DNA of 64,000 nucleotides from Amphiscolops sp. MND2022. Lineage: Eukaryota. Position numbers and translations under genes: made by a program. Location of the stretch: NCBI GenBank assembly GCA_964187785.1, contig OZ076409.1, positions 73,348,001-73,412,000 of the forward strand. The letters run 5' to 3'. The notes under the pieces were generated by a model, which worked only from the letters and a program-made list of their open reading frames with translations, made no database searches and was not told where the DNA came from. Below are positions 10,250-23,522 of this stretch, in pieces; the first letter of the stretch is position 1; each line of letters opens with the position of its first letter.

Positions 10250-11590
10250 CATACCATTTCCTAAAAAATTTCAAATGCACCCCATTTGACGTATAACAAT
10301 AGCACAGAAAACTATCATATACCGATCAACTCTACTCTCATTGTGGAATAATTAGCATTTTGTTTTGAACGAATTTTGATGGATATTAAAAAATTTTGAA
10401 CCCTCCAAATATGGGCCAAAATTACACGAAAAAATTGACCTTAAAATTTTAAAATGTCAAAAAATCATCAAAACTACAGCTTCTTGGGGTTCTATCAACT
10501 CCACGTGGTCCACAGAGTACGCTAAAACAGGTTTTACCCGTTTTTGAGCAATATGTGAAAAAGCCGACATTTTTGGGAAAGAAAAACATCCCATTTCCTA
10601 AAAAAATTCAATTGCACGCCATTTGCCGTATGAGAATAGCACGGAAAACTATCACATACCGATCAACTCTACTTTTATTGTAGATGATTAAAAATTAGTT
10701 TAAAACAAATTTTGACGGATATTAAAAAATTTTAAACCCTTAAAAAATGGGCCAAAATTACACGAAAAAATTGACCTTAAAATTTTAAAATGTCACAAAA
10801 TCATCAAAACCACAGCTTCTTGGGGTTCTATCAACTCCACGTGGTCCACAGAGTACGCTAAAACAGGTTTTACCCGTTTTTGAGCAATATGTGAAAAAGC
10901 CGACATTTTTGGGGAAGAAAAAATAGGCATTTCCTAAAAAAATCAAATGCACGCCATTTGCCGTATAAGAATAGCACAGAAAACTATCATATACCGATCA
11001 ACTCTACTCCCATTGTAGATTATTAGAATTTTATTTTGAATGATTTTTGATGGTTATTAAAAAATTTTGAGCCCCCCAAAAGCGGGCCAAAATTACACGA
11101 AAAAATTGACCTTAAAATTTTAAAATGTCAAATAATCATCGAAACCACAGCTTCTTGGGGTTCTATCCACTCCACATGGCCCACAGAGTATGCCAAACCA
11201 GGTTTTGCGCGTTTTTGAGCAATTTTTGAGAAAGCCGAGTTTTTTGGGGAAGAAAAACATAACATTTCCTAATAAAATTCAAATGCACGCCATTTGGCGT
11301 ATGACAATAGCACAGAAAACTATCACATACTAATCAACTCTACTCTCTTTGTAGATCACCAGAGTTTTGCTTAGAATAAATTTTGATGAATATTTGTAAA
11401 TTTTAAACCCTCCTAATATGGGCCAAAATCACACGGAAAAATTGACCCTAAGGTATTAAAATGTCAGAAATTCATCAAAACCACAGCTTCTTGGGGTTCT
11501 ATCATTTCTATATGACTTTCAGAGTATACCAAACAAGGTATTAACATTGGGCGATAATTAAAAACACCAATTTTATTTTAGAAGAAAACC
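10250..11590 (+). repeat. 4 x ~336-bp tandem repeat
   Basis: AGCACRGAAAACTATCA at 10301, 10638, 10973 and 11309. Confidence 0.9.
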
Positions 11591-11804
11591 ATAATAAGTT
11601 CAATATAAGAAGTGAATCATTCCATATATATACCCTGTCTTATATTTTAAATTAGCGATAATATATATACTTGATGTTTTTTGAAAGTGAGCTTCATAAG
11701 TGGTTGAGATGTGATAATACGTAAATGGATTCCAAGTTTCATCGAAATGTCAAAGGAATACGTCCAATCAACTTCAATCTTAACAATTAGATAACAAAAA
11801 ACCT

Positions 11805-11846
11805 AAGTACATTCCATCTCCCCATCGGGGAGATGAGAATGTACTT
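11805..11846. repeat. Long-class internal inverted repeat (representative; present in all 7 long units, e.g. 22556-22596)
   Basis: AAGTACATTC-CATCTCCCC-atc-GGGGAGATG-a-GAATGTACTT. Confidence 0.85.
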
Positions 11847-12764
11847 TTCAAAAACCAAAAACTTAGATGTTTTTTTTGTAACACTTACTGTAACTGCTGA
11901 AATGATGAAAGAATATTTATGCTTCTAATAACTCCATGATTTTTTGCCTCAGCATTTTTTTTGCAGAACAAAACCATCAGACATATTTTTCGCAGTTAAG
12001 TTCGATCGTATTACCCAGTGAACAAAGGTATGGAAGGATGTTTACAAGTTGTTTCAAAACTTTCCCGCCTTCCAAAATAATGAAACGTCTACACAACCAA
12101 GATAGCAAATGAATGAATGCGGAATGCATCTTATTAGATAAGATAAATAACGTGTAGAACTTACCTTTATCTGAAGTTGACGTTGATTTATGATCTTTAG
12201 AGGATAGTTTGATTTTTGACCATAATAGTGGGAAACTAATTATTATATGAATGATGGCGTGGAAAGCGTTCAGAAATTGTAGTATTTTGGATTCGAGCAT
12301 GTATGCGTGGGTTCCTTTGGTGGCGTTAGCTTAGTGTACATGATGGAAGTTTTCGATCTGTTATGATTAATTTTACTCACGAGTCTTTGTTTTTCCTATT
12401 TTTTTGCCATTAAGTACATTCATTCTATCCCCTTTTCTGAGAATGTACGTTTGTCAAATGACAGTCATCCAAATTTTGCATTCCCGAAGAGTTTAAATAC
12501 ATAACACGTGTTTAGCGTTTCCAAATCACAACCGAGTAACATTCTATTTTTTTTTCTCAAAATTGATAATGGTTTTGATTTTGGTGTCTTCTACTTTCAT
12601 CATCCATCATAACAACCACCTTACCATGTCTCTCGCTTGTCTTCATTTTACAACGCCACATAGTGTAGCGACGCCCACAGTCTGTGGGCATGCCGAGGCA
12701 TGCCCTTCGACGACGTATGCCAAATTTAGCGTTAGCCCGCGGTCACTACCGCGGTAGCAGCTAG

Positions 12765-14773
12765 GTGGGCGGGGAAATTTCACCCCGTTTGTATTCGGCC
12801 GACGGGTAGGGTCCTGGCGGCCGACGATCCGCCTTAAGCTAGCGGTATGTAGCAGAAATTGCAAAAAAAAGACCTAAAATTTAATCTAACCATTAGAATT
12901 TGCTCAAAATTTGCATGCGGCCCTCAAATCCTATTGCAAGACGAAGTTCCTGCTGACGCTAAGCGTTCTATAAACTTTATAAAAAGTTATGGCCAATTTT
13001 TTGTTCAAATTTTCAACATTTTTGGGAAATTTCTAATTTTTCACTTAATATCTCAAAATGTGTTAATTTTTGGACTTTGACTGTGAAACAAGCTTGGAAC
13101 CTTCATTTCGTGGCTGTGGCATTGCACTGAACACAAAAGATGTAAAGTTTTTACATTTTTCGAAAATTCGAGATTTTTGAAATTTTTCTCACTACTATCA
13201 GTACCCCATATGTCAAAAACACATCAGAAAAAAATTTTTATTTGCTTTAAATTGGAAACCTTGGTATCCATGGTTACTGTCGGAACCTACTCGCAGCCAA
13301 ACACCCAACAGTTTGCATCCAATGTGAAAATAAAAATTTTTTTTGGGTCATAAGCGTTTCACATGGATTTTACAACTTAGTTTTAATTTACAAGTTGGTC
13401 ATTTTGAACACAATATTTTCATCGAGGCTTGTCGGCTATAGCCTTAATGTTCTCGAACGGTCCTACTGGCAACGTAGGAACCATTTATAGCAATAGAAAG
13501 TTTAAAAAAAATATTTTCACCTCGTCTTCAGTCATTTTTCAGTCATTCGGAACTTAACTTAGAAAAATTTCGACCAAAATACCCATTTTTTGTCAGGTCG
13601 AAAAATGAAATTAAGATTTTCAAGCAAAATTATTAACTCTGACGTAACCCATGGGGCCTATGATACTCAAAACAACGATTGACACTGGTATCAATGGCTC
13701 CAATAACATATGAGTCGCGATAAGACGTTATTTTGAGCAATACGTCCCAATTGAGGTAAAGATCTCGCAAGCCAGCGATCACTGTGAAATGTGATTTCAT
13801 CAAAAATTTACTCATTTTTGTCAATCACTATGTGCACAGAATGCGTAGGATGAGTTTCAGCACTATAATGAGGTTTTTGATGTAATCGGCCTGCTCAAGG
13901 GTGTGTATGAGACATTTTTTTCCCATATAGTACTATATTTTCCAAAATTTTTAGCCCATTATCTCAAAAACCTAACTTTGCAAAATGCTTTCAAATACTT
14001 TATTCTAAGGTTAGAATATGAATGAACACTGTGGTTGATCAGAACCTCTCAATTTTTTTTTGTTTTCCGAAAAAATACCTTCGCATGGGTTACATTTATG
14101 GCAGAAGAGAAAGCAGAAGATAAAAAATACGCTATTTTGCTAAGATAGAAACGCAATGATTGAGCCTAAATACCCTTTAAATACTTCTAACGCAACCTTA
14201 TGGACCCAATATGATTGGAAATACCGTTCACAGTCCTCACATGTACTCTTTCTACAATCCAGACTGCACATTTTCTGAAAATTTTACATGTAGCTTTAAA
14301 CTGAATCTTGTGATAGCCTTTTAAGTTGACCTTGTGTCAACTTGGGAAGGCTATCACCACCAAAAACTATAAACAAAACTACCATTTGTTAATCGAATTT
14401 TGCTGTCGATGCCTATTTTCGTGATTGTATACTACCGTTAGTATCTTCCATCATGTCAGCTGACGATAGCATGCAGAGTTTGAAAAAATACCTATGAACT
14501 CGAAGACATTTTTGTTTATTATTTGGTAAATAATTTTATTTCTAAATAATAAATAACAACTTCAAACCTTTGAATACTATCACATTTGTTTTCTCTTCCG
14601 TTATCAGTCTTCCGTCACCCATGATCTGAGCCTATGTCATGACCCTGTGATTTGTATAACAACGCCACATACCAACATCAACGCCCACCGTCTGTGGGCA
14701 TGCCGAGGCATGCCCTTCGACGACGTATGCCAAATTTAGCGTTGCCCGCACTCTGGAGTGCGGTAGCAGCTAG
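12765..14773 (+). mobile_element. Short-class unit, 2009 bp (unique head H3, tail e)
   Basis: Bounded by junctions; ends CCGCACTC-tg-GAGTGCGG tagcag CTAG. Confidence 0.72.
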
Positions 14774-16763
14774 GTGGGCGGGGGTAATTCCCCAACAAAA
14801 ATTACGGCCGGCGGGTTGGGTCCTGCCGGACGTTCAAATAGCGCGAAGCATCTAGTAGAAAACAAGGAGTCCTGAAACAGCGATTTTAAAATTGAACCGT
14901 TAGAATTTGGTTTTAGATTGCATGCGGCCCTAAAATCCCCATACGAATGGAAGTTCCTGCTGGCGTTAAGCGATTGAAATAATATATAAAAAGTTATGGC
15001 CCATTTTTGGGTCACCGAGAAGGTCAAAATGAAGAAAATTTTAACTAAGTTGCTGATAACTCAAAATGTGTTAATTTTTGGACTTTGACTGTGAAACAAG
15101 CTTGGAACCTTCATTTCGTGGCTGTGGCATTGCACTGAACACAAAAGATGTAAAGTTTTCACATTTTTTGAAAATTCGACATTTTTGAATTTTTTTTCAC
15201 TACTATCAGACAACTATATGTCAAAAACACCTCTGAAAAATTTTTTTATTTGCCTAAATTTAGAAACCTTGGTATCCATGGTTTCCGTCAGTACCTACTC
15301 GCTGCCAAACACTCAACAGTTTGCATCCAATGTGAAAATAAATTTTTTTTCGAGGTCTTAGGTGTTTCACAAGGATTTCTCAACTTAGTATCAATTTACA
15401 AATTGGTCATTTTGAACACATTATTTTCATCGAAGCGTGTCATATACCGCCCTAATGCTCACGAACGGGCCTACTGGCAACGTTGGAACCATTTATAGAA
15501 ATGTAAAGTTATAAAAAAAAATTTTCACCCGGTCTTCAGTCATTTTTCAGTCATTCGGAACTTAACTTAGAAAAATTTCGACCAAAATATCCATTTTTTG
15601 TGAGGTCGAAAAATCAAATTCAGATTTTTGAGCAAAATTATTAACTCTGAAGTAACCCATGGGGCCCATGATACTCAAAACAACGATTGACACTGATATC
15701 AATGGCTCCAATAACATATGAGTCGCGATAAGACGTTATTTTGAGCATTACGTCTCAATTGAGGTAAAGATCTCGCAAGCCAGCGATCACTGTGAAATGT
15801 GATTTCATCAAAAATTTACTCTTTTTTGTCAATCACTATGTGCACAGAATGCGTAGGGTGCGTTTCAGCACTATAATGAGGTTTTTGAAGGCATCGAGTT
15901 GCTCAAGGGGTGGTATGAGACATTTTTGTCCCATATACTACTGTATTTTCCAAAATTTTTAGCCCAATATCTGCAAATATAAACTTGACAAAATACTTTC
16001 AACTACTTTATTCAAAGGTTACAATATAGATGAACACTGTGGTTGATCAGAAACTTTCATCTCTTTCGTTTTCCGAAATATTTCCCTTCGCATGTGTAAC
16101 ATTCGTAGCAGAAAAAAAAATCGAAACTGAAAAATACGCAATTTTGCTAATATAGAATCGCAATGATTGTGCCTAAAAACTCTTTAAACACTTCTAACGC
16201 AACCTTACGCACCCAAAATGATCAAAAATGTTATTCACAATGGTGACATGTGCTCTTTCTACGATCCTGGCGGGACAAGGTTTGCATATTTTTCAAGTAC
16301 CTGTCAGCTAAATCTTGTGATAGCCTTTTCAGTTGGCCTTGTGTCAACTTGGGAAGGCTATCACATCAAAAAAACATCAACAAAAATAATTTTTGTTTGT
16401 TGGATCTTACAGTCGATACTTTTTTTCGTGATTCTATACTACCGTTAGTATATTTCATCAGGTCACCTTACGATTGCATTCAGTCTTTGATAAAAACCTA
16501 TGAACTCAAAGTCACATTTATATATTTTTTTGCCAGAAAATAACATCAAAAATATCTAAAATATATAAAATAGAGTCTTTAACATTTTTACGTTTCAAGT
16601 TTCTGCCGTTATTAGGCCAATCAACGTCCTAGAGCCACATCCTGCCACATACTGTACAACGCCACATAGTGTTGCGACGTGCACAGTCTGTGGGCATGCC
16701 GAGGCATGCCCTTCGACGACGTATGCCGAATACCGCGGGCCTACGCCCGCGCTCCCCGGCTAG
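14774..16763 (+). mobile_element. Short-class unit, 1990 bp (H1, tail b)
   Basis: Close copy of 4038-6025 with different neighbours. Confidence 0.72.
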
Positions 16764-18760
16764 GTGGGCGGGGGTAATTCCCCAACAAAAATTACGGCCG
16801 GCGGGTTGGGTCCTGCCGGACGTCAAATAGCAAAGAATATCTAGTAGGAAACGGCGACACAGAATCGCGATTTTTAAATCTAACCACAATTTTTTGGACT
16901 TGGAGTGCATGCGGCCCTGAAATGCCCATACGAATCGAAGTTCCTGCTGACATTAAGCGATTGAAATAATATATAAAAAGTTATGGCCCATTTTTCACTC
17001 ACAAAGAAGGGTAAAATGAGGAAATTTTTAACAAAGTCGCTGATAACTCAAAATGTGTTAATTTTTGGACATTGACTGTGAAACAAGCTCGGAACCTTCA
17101 TTTCGTGGCTGTGGCATTGCACTGAACACAAAAGATGTAAAGTTTTTACATTTTTTGAAAATTCGAAATTTTTGAAATTTTTTTCACTACTATCAGTACC
17201 CCATATGTCAAAAACGCCTCAGAAAAAATTTTTTATTTGATTTAAATTGGAAACCTTGGTATCCATGGTTTCTGTCGGATCCTACTCGCAGTCAAACACC
17301 CAACAGTTTGCATCCAATGTGGAAATAAAAATTTTTTCGGGGTCATAAGCGTTTCACAAGGATTTCTCAACTTAGTTTCAATTTACAAATTGGTCACATT
17401 GAACACATTATTTTCATCGAAGCGCGTCAGATACCGCCCTAAAGCTCACGAACGGTCCTACTGGCAACGTAGCAACCATTTATAGTAATATAAAAGATTA
17501 GAAAAAAAATTTTCACCCGGTCTTCAGTCATTTTTCAGTCATTCGGAACTTAACTTAGAAAAATTTCGACCAAAATACCCATTTTTTGTCAGGTCGAAAA
17601 ATCAAATTCAGATTTTTAAGCAAAATTATTAACTCTGACGTAACTCATGGGGCCCATGATACTCAAAACAACGATTGACACTGGTATCAATGGCTCCAAT
17701 AACATATGAGTTGCGATAAGACGTTATTTTGAACAATACGTCTCAATTGAGGTAAAGATCTCGCAAGCCAGCGATCACTGTGAAATGTGATTTCATAAAA
17801 AATTTACTCATTTTTGTCAATCACTAAGTGCACAGAATGCGTAGGGTAAGTTCCAGCACTATAATGAGGTTTTTGAAGGCATCGAGTTGCTCAAGGGGTG
17901 GTATGAGACATTTTTTTCCTATATACTACTGTGTTTTCCAAAACTTTTAGCCCATTATCTGGAGAAACTAACTTGACAAAATACTTGCAATAACTTTATT
18001 TAAAGGTTACAATGTAGATGAACCCTGTGGTTGATCAGAAACTCTCATCTCATTCGTTTTCCTGAATAATTCCCTTCGAATGTGTTACATTTGTAGCAGA
18101 AAAAAAACCGAACCAAAAAAAATACGCGATTTTGCTGAGATAGAATCGCAATGGTTACGCCTAAAATCTCTTTAAATACTTCTAACGCGACCTTACGGAC
18201 CCAAAAAGATTGAAAATGCCATTCACAATGCTGACATGTGCTCTTTCTACGATCCTGGCTTGACAAGTTTTGCATATTATTCAAGTACCTGTTAACTGAA
18301 TTTTGTGATAGCCTTTCAAGTTGGCCTTGTGTCAACTTGGGAAGGCTATCACATCAAAAAACTTTCATCAAAAATACTTTTCGTTTAAACGATATTGTAT
18401 TCGATATTTATTTTTGTGATTTTACACTACCGCTAGTACCTTCCGCCAGGTCAGCTGACGATTGCAAGCAGCCTTTGTTAAAAACCCATGAACACCAATA
18501 TTTTTTTCTCATACTTTTGTTGAAGAAAAGTACAAATAAACAATAAAAATATAATTTTAACCTTTAACAACACTAATTTGTCTTTATCGTTATCAGTCCT
18601 ACCACCCATACCCATCATCATCCTATGCCATGGCCCGGTGATTAGTACAACGCCACATAGTGTAGCGACGCCCACAGTCTGTGGGCATGCCGAGGCATGC
18701 CCTTCGACGACGTATGCCAATTTTAGCGTAGCCCGCGGTCACTACCGCGGTAGCAGCTAG
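16764..18760 (+). mobile_element. Short-class unit, 1997 bp (head H4, tail a)
   Basis: Bounded by junctions; tail resembles that of 1-1239. Confidence 0.72.
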
Positions 18761-21700
18761 GTGGGCGGGGGTAATTCCCCAACAAAAAAATCGGCCGGCG
18801 GGTCGGGTCCTGCCGGCCGTCCAAAATCAAAATCCTCCTAGTAGAAAACGGCATGTCAAACGAGCTATTTTTTTATTTAACCATTAGAATTTCACCATTT
18901 TTTGCATGCGGCCCTGAAATGGCCATACGAGACGAAGTTCCTGCTGACGTTTTGCGATGTAAATGTTTTATAAAAAGTTATGGCCGATTTGTCATTCACC
19001 TAGAAGGGTAAAATGAGGAAAATTTTAACAAAGTCGCTGATAACTCAAAATGTGTTAATTTTTGGACTTTGACTGTGAAACAAGCTTGGAACCTTCATTT
19101 CGTGGCTGTGGCATTGCACTGAACGCAAAAGATGTAAAGTTTTTACATTTTTTGAAAATTTGACATTTTTGAAATTTCTTTCACTACTATCAGTATCATA
19201 TATGTCAAAAACACCTCAGAAAAAAAATTTTATTTGCTTTAACTTGGAAACCTTGGTATCCATGGTTTCTGTCGGAACCTACTCGCAACCAAACAACCAA
19301 CAGTTTGCATCCAATGTGAAAATAAAAACTTTTTCTGGGTCATAAGCGTTTCACAAGGATTTCTCAACTTAGTATTAATTTACAAAATGGTCATTTTGAA
19401 CACAATATTTTCATCGAGGCTTGTCGGCTATAGCCTTAATGTTCTAGAACGGTCCCACTGGCAACGTAGGAACCATTTATAGTAATAGAAAGTTTAAAAA
19501 AATATATTTTCACCCTGTCTTCAGTCATTTTTCAGTCATTCGGAACTTAACTTAGAAAAATTTCGACCAAAATACCCATTTTTTGACAGATCGAAAATTC
19601 AAATTCAACTTTTTAAGCAAAATTATTAACTCTGACGTAACCAGTGGGGCTCATGATACTCAAAAACACGATTGGGACTGGTACCAATGGCTCCAATATC
19701 ATATGAGCCGCGATAAGACGTTATTTTGAGCAATACGTCTCAATTGAGGGAAACATCTCGCAAGCCTGGGATCACAGTTAAAAGTGATTTCGTCAAAAAT
19801 TTACTCTTTTTCGTCTATCACTATGTACACAGAGTGCGTAGGGTGAGTTTCAGCACTATAATGCGGTTTTTGAAGGAATCGGTCTGCTCAAGGGGTGGTA
19901 TGAGACATTTTTTTTGCATGTAGTACTATATTTCCTAAAACTTTTAGCCCATTATCTCGAAAAGCTCACTTCGCAAATTACTTTCAGTTACTCTATTCGA
20001 AGCTTAGAATATATATGAACACTGTGGTTGATCAGAAACTCTTGACTATTTTGTTTTTGGAAAAAAACTGCCTTGCATGTGTTACATTAGTGGCAGGAAA
20101 AATACCAGTAGCTCCAAAAATCACAATTTTGGACGGACAGACCTGCAATGATGCAAAGCAAAAACGTTTCAACAACTTCTGGCGCCACTTTTTTTACCCA
20201 AGAGGTTCGAAATTACTATTAACAATGCTGACATTCGCTATAAATAAGATCGAGGACAATTTACTAACACTTAGGTTATACATTTATATCTGAGAAACCA
20301 TTCTTTGTCAGGTCGCAATTTTAAATTTAGTTTGGGAAGCAATACTTTTCACTCTGAAGCAAACCGTTGGGCCCAAATTACTCAAAAACTACAAAAAGAC
20401 TGTCACCAAATGCCCTAATAGCATATGAGATTCGACCGTATGTTTTTAACACAAAAACTCTCATCCGAAGTAAACATGTTGAAAGCCTTGAATCACCGTG
20501 AGAAATGATTTCATCAAAAATATCCCTTTTTCGTCAATCTTTATCTACACAGAACACGTTGTGTCATTTTCAGCCGTGAAATGAGCTTCTACCGTAATAT
20601 GGGTTGCTCAAGGTGTTGTATAAGACAAAAACTTCCTCTTTTCTACTATCTTCTTCAAATATTTCAACCCTTTGTCACAAGAAGTTAATATTCAAAATCT
20701 CTTTGAAATGTTTCTTTAGGTTGGTGTGAAGTGTTAGAACAATAATTAAGATCGAAGAATGATAGTATTGGTGTTTGGACCATATCCGGATGAACAAATT
20801 GCAAAATCATGAAAAATTTCTTACCATTTTTGGTCATTTTGTCAGTACTAAAAATGTTAGCTGAAAAAGAATTTTTTTGATGGCACCATTGGATTCCTCT
20901 CAAAAAGTTAGCTATATGAACTGTGTAATAACCCCGTATCTTTTCAATTTAAATAATTTTAAAAAGCAAACTTTTTTGACTAAAATCCTAAAAATCATAC
21001 CATTTCCTAAAAAATTTCAAATGCCCCCCATTCGACGTATAAGAATAGCACAGAAAACTATCACATACCGATCGACTCTACTTCCATTGTAGATTACCAG
21101 AATTTTGTTTAGAACAATTTTTGACGGATGCAAAAAAATTTAAACCCTCCAAAAAAGGGCCAAAATTACACGAAAAAATTGACCTTAAAATTTTAAAATG
21201 TCGAAAAATCATCAAAACCACAGCTTCTTGGGGTTCTATCAACTCCACGTGGTCCACAGAGTATGTTAAAACAAGTTTTACCCGTATTTGAGCAATATGT
21301 GAAAAAGCCGACTTTTTTGGGAATGAAAAACATACCATTTCCTAAAAAATTTCAAACGCACCCCATTTGACGTATAAGAATAGCACAGAAAACTATCACA
21401 TACCGATCGACTCTACTTCCATTGTAGGTTACCAGAATCTTGTTTAGAACATTTGTTGACGGATGCAAAAAAAAATAAAACCCTCCAAAAATGGGCCAAA
21501 ATTACACGAAAAAATTGACCTTAAATTTTTAAAATGTCAAAAAATCATCAAAACCACAGCTTCTTGGGGTTCTATCAACTCCACGTGGTCCACAGAGTAT
21601 GCTAAAACAGGTTTTACCTGTTTCTGAGCTATATGTGAAAAAACCGACATTTTGGGGAAGAAAAACATACCATTTCCTAAAAAATTTCAAATGCACGCCA

Positions 21701-23522
21701 TTTGCCGTATGAGAATAGCACAGAAAACTATCACATACCGATCAACTCTACTTCTATTGTAGATTATCAGATTTTTGTTTAGAACAAATTTTTATGGATA
21801 TAAAAAATTTTTAAACCCTCCAAAAATGAGCCAAAATAACACGAAAAAATGGACCCTAAATTTTTAAAATGTCAAAAAATTATCCAAACCACAGCTTCTT
21901 GGGGTTCTATCAGCTCCACGTGGTCCACAGAGTATGCTAAAACAGGTTTTGCCCGTTTTTGAGCAGTATATGAAAAAGCCGACATTTTTGGGGAAGAAAA
22001 ACATACCATTTCCTAAATAATTTCAAATGCAGGCAATTTGCCGTATGAGAGTAGCACAGAAAACTATCACACACCGATCAACTCTACTTCTTTTGTAGAT
22101 TATCAGAATTATGTTTAGAGTAAAGTTTTATGGATATGAAAAATTTTTATACCCTCCAAAAATGGGCCAAAATGACACGAAAAAATTGACCTCAAATTTT
22201 TAAAATGTCAAAAAATTATCCAAACCACAGCGTCTTGGCGTTCTATCAACTCCAAATGACCTTCAGAGTATACCAAACCAGGTATTGCCAATCTTTTGAG
22301 CAATATTTAAAAACACCGACTATTTGGCAAGAACACCATAATATGTTCCATATAAGAAGTGAATCATTCCACATATATACCCGGTCTAATATTTTCAAAT
22401 TAGCGATAACATTAATACATGATGTTTTTTGAAAGTGAGCTTCATAAGAGGTTGAGATGTAATAATACGTAAATGGACCCTAAGTTTCATTGAAATCTCA
22501 ATGGAATACGTCCAATCAACTTCAATCCTAACTATTATATAACAAGAAACACTTGAGTACATTCCATCTCCCCATCGGGGGAGATGAGAATGTACTTTTC
22601 AAAAGCCAAAATTTTCGAATTTTAAATCTTTTGTAACATTGTATGTAACTGTTGAAACGATGAACGAATAAAAATGCTTCTAGTACCTTCATCAATTTTT
22701 GCTTCAGCTCCTATTTCTGCAGAACAAAACCAAAAGACACACTTACAGCAGTTAAGTTCGATTGTATAACTCAGTGAATAAAGGTATGACTGAGGAAGTT
22801 CACAAGTTGTTTCAAAAGTTTCCGGCCTTCCAAAATCATGAAACGTCCACACAACCAAGATAGCAAGTGAAAGAATGCTGAATGCACCTTATTAGATGAG
22901 ATAAATAACGTGTGGAACTTGCCATTATCTTAAGATGACGTTGATTTATGATCTTTTAAGGATAGTTCGATATGTGACCACAATAGTGGAAAACTTATTA
23001 CTATTTGAAGAACACCGTGGAAAGCGTTCAGAAAGGACAGTATATTTGTTTCGAGCATGCATGCGTGTGTTCCTTTGGTGACGTTAGCTTAGTGTACATG
23101 ACGGAGGTATTCGAGAGATTATGATAGAGTTTACTCACAAGTCTTTGTTTTTTAAAACTTTCTATGCCGTTGAGTACATTCGTAAGGTACATCCATCCCC
23201 TTCTCTGGGAATGTACGTTTGCCAAATGACTGTCATCCAAAATTCGTAATCCGGACGAGTTTAACTACATAAACATGTGATGAGCGTTTTCTATTCAAAA
23301 CCGAATAACTTTTTTTTTCTCGAAAATGATGATGGTTTTGATTTTGATGTCTTCTACTTTTATCATCATGCAAACGACCTTACCATGTCTCTCTTCTGTC
23401 GTCATTTGTACAACGCCACATAGCGTTCCGACGCCCACCGTCTGTGGGCATGCCGAGGCATGCCCTTCGACGACGTATGCCAAATGAGCCATACCCGCAC
23501 TCTGGAGTGCGGTAGCGGCTAG
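18761..23522 (+). mobile_element. Long-class unit, 4762 bp (H2, tail f)
   Basis: 3' ~3.7 kb is nearly identical to that of 30274-35037. Confidence 0.72.
20997..22340 (+). repeat. 4 x ~336-bp tandem repeat
   Basis: Same monomer as 10250-11590; ends approximate. Confidence 0.85.

Larger units (their letters stand above)
8016..12764 (+). mobile_element. Long-class unit, 4749 bp
   Basis: Shares the 5' ~1.45 kb with short units, then has a ~720-bp-offset duplication, 4 x ~336-bp repeats, a long-class hairpin and a hairpin-CTAG end. Confidence 0.72.
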
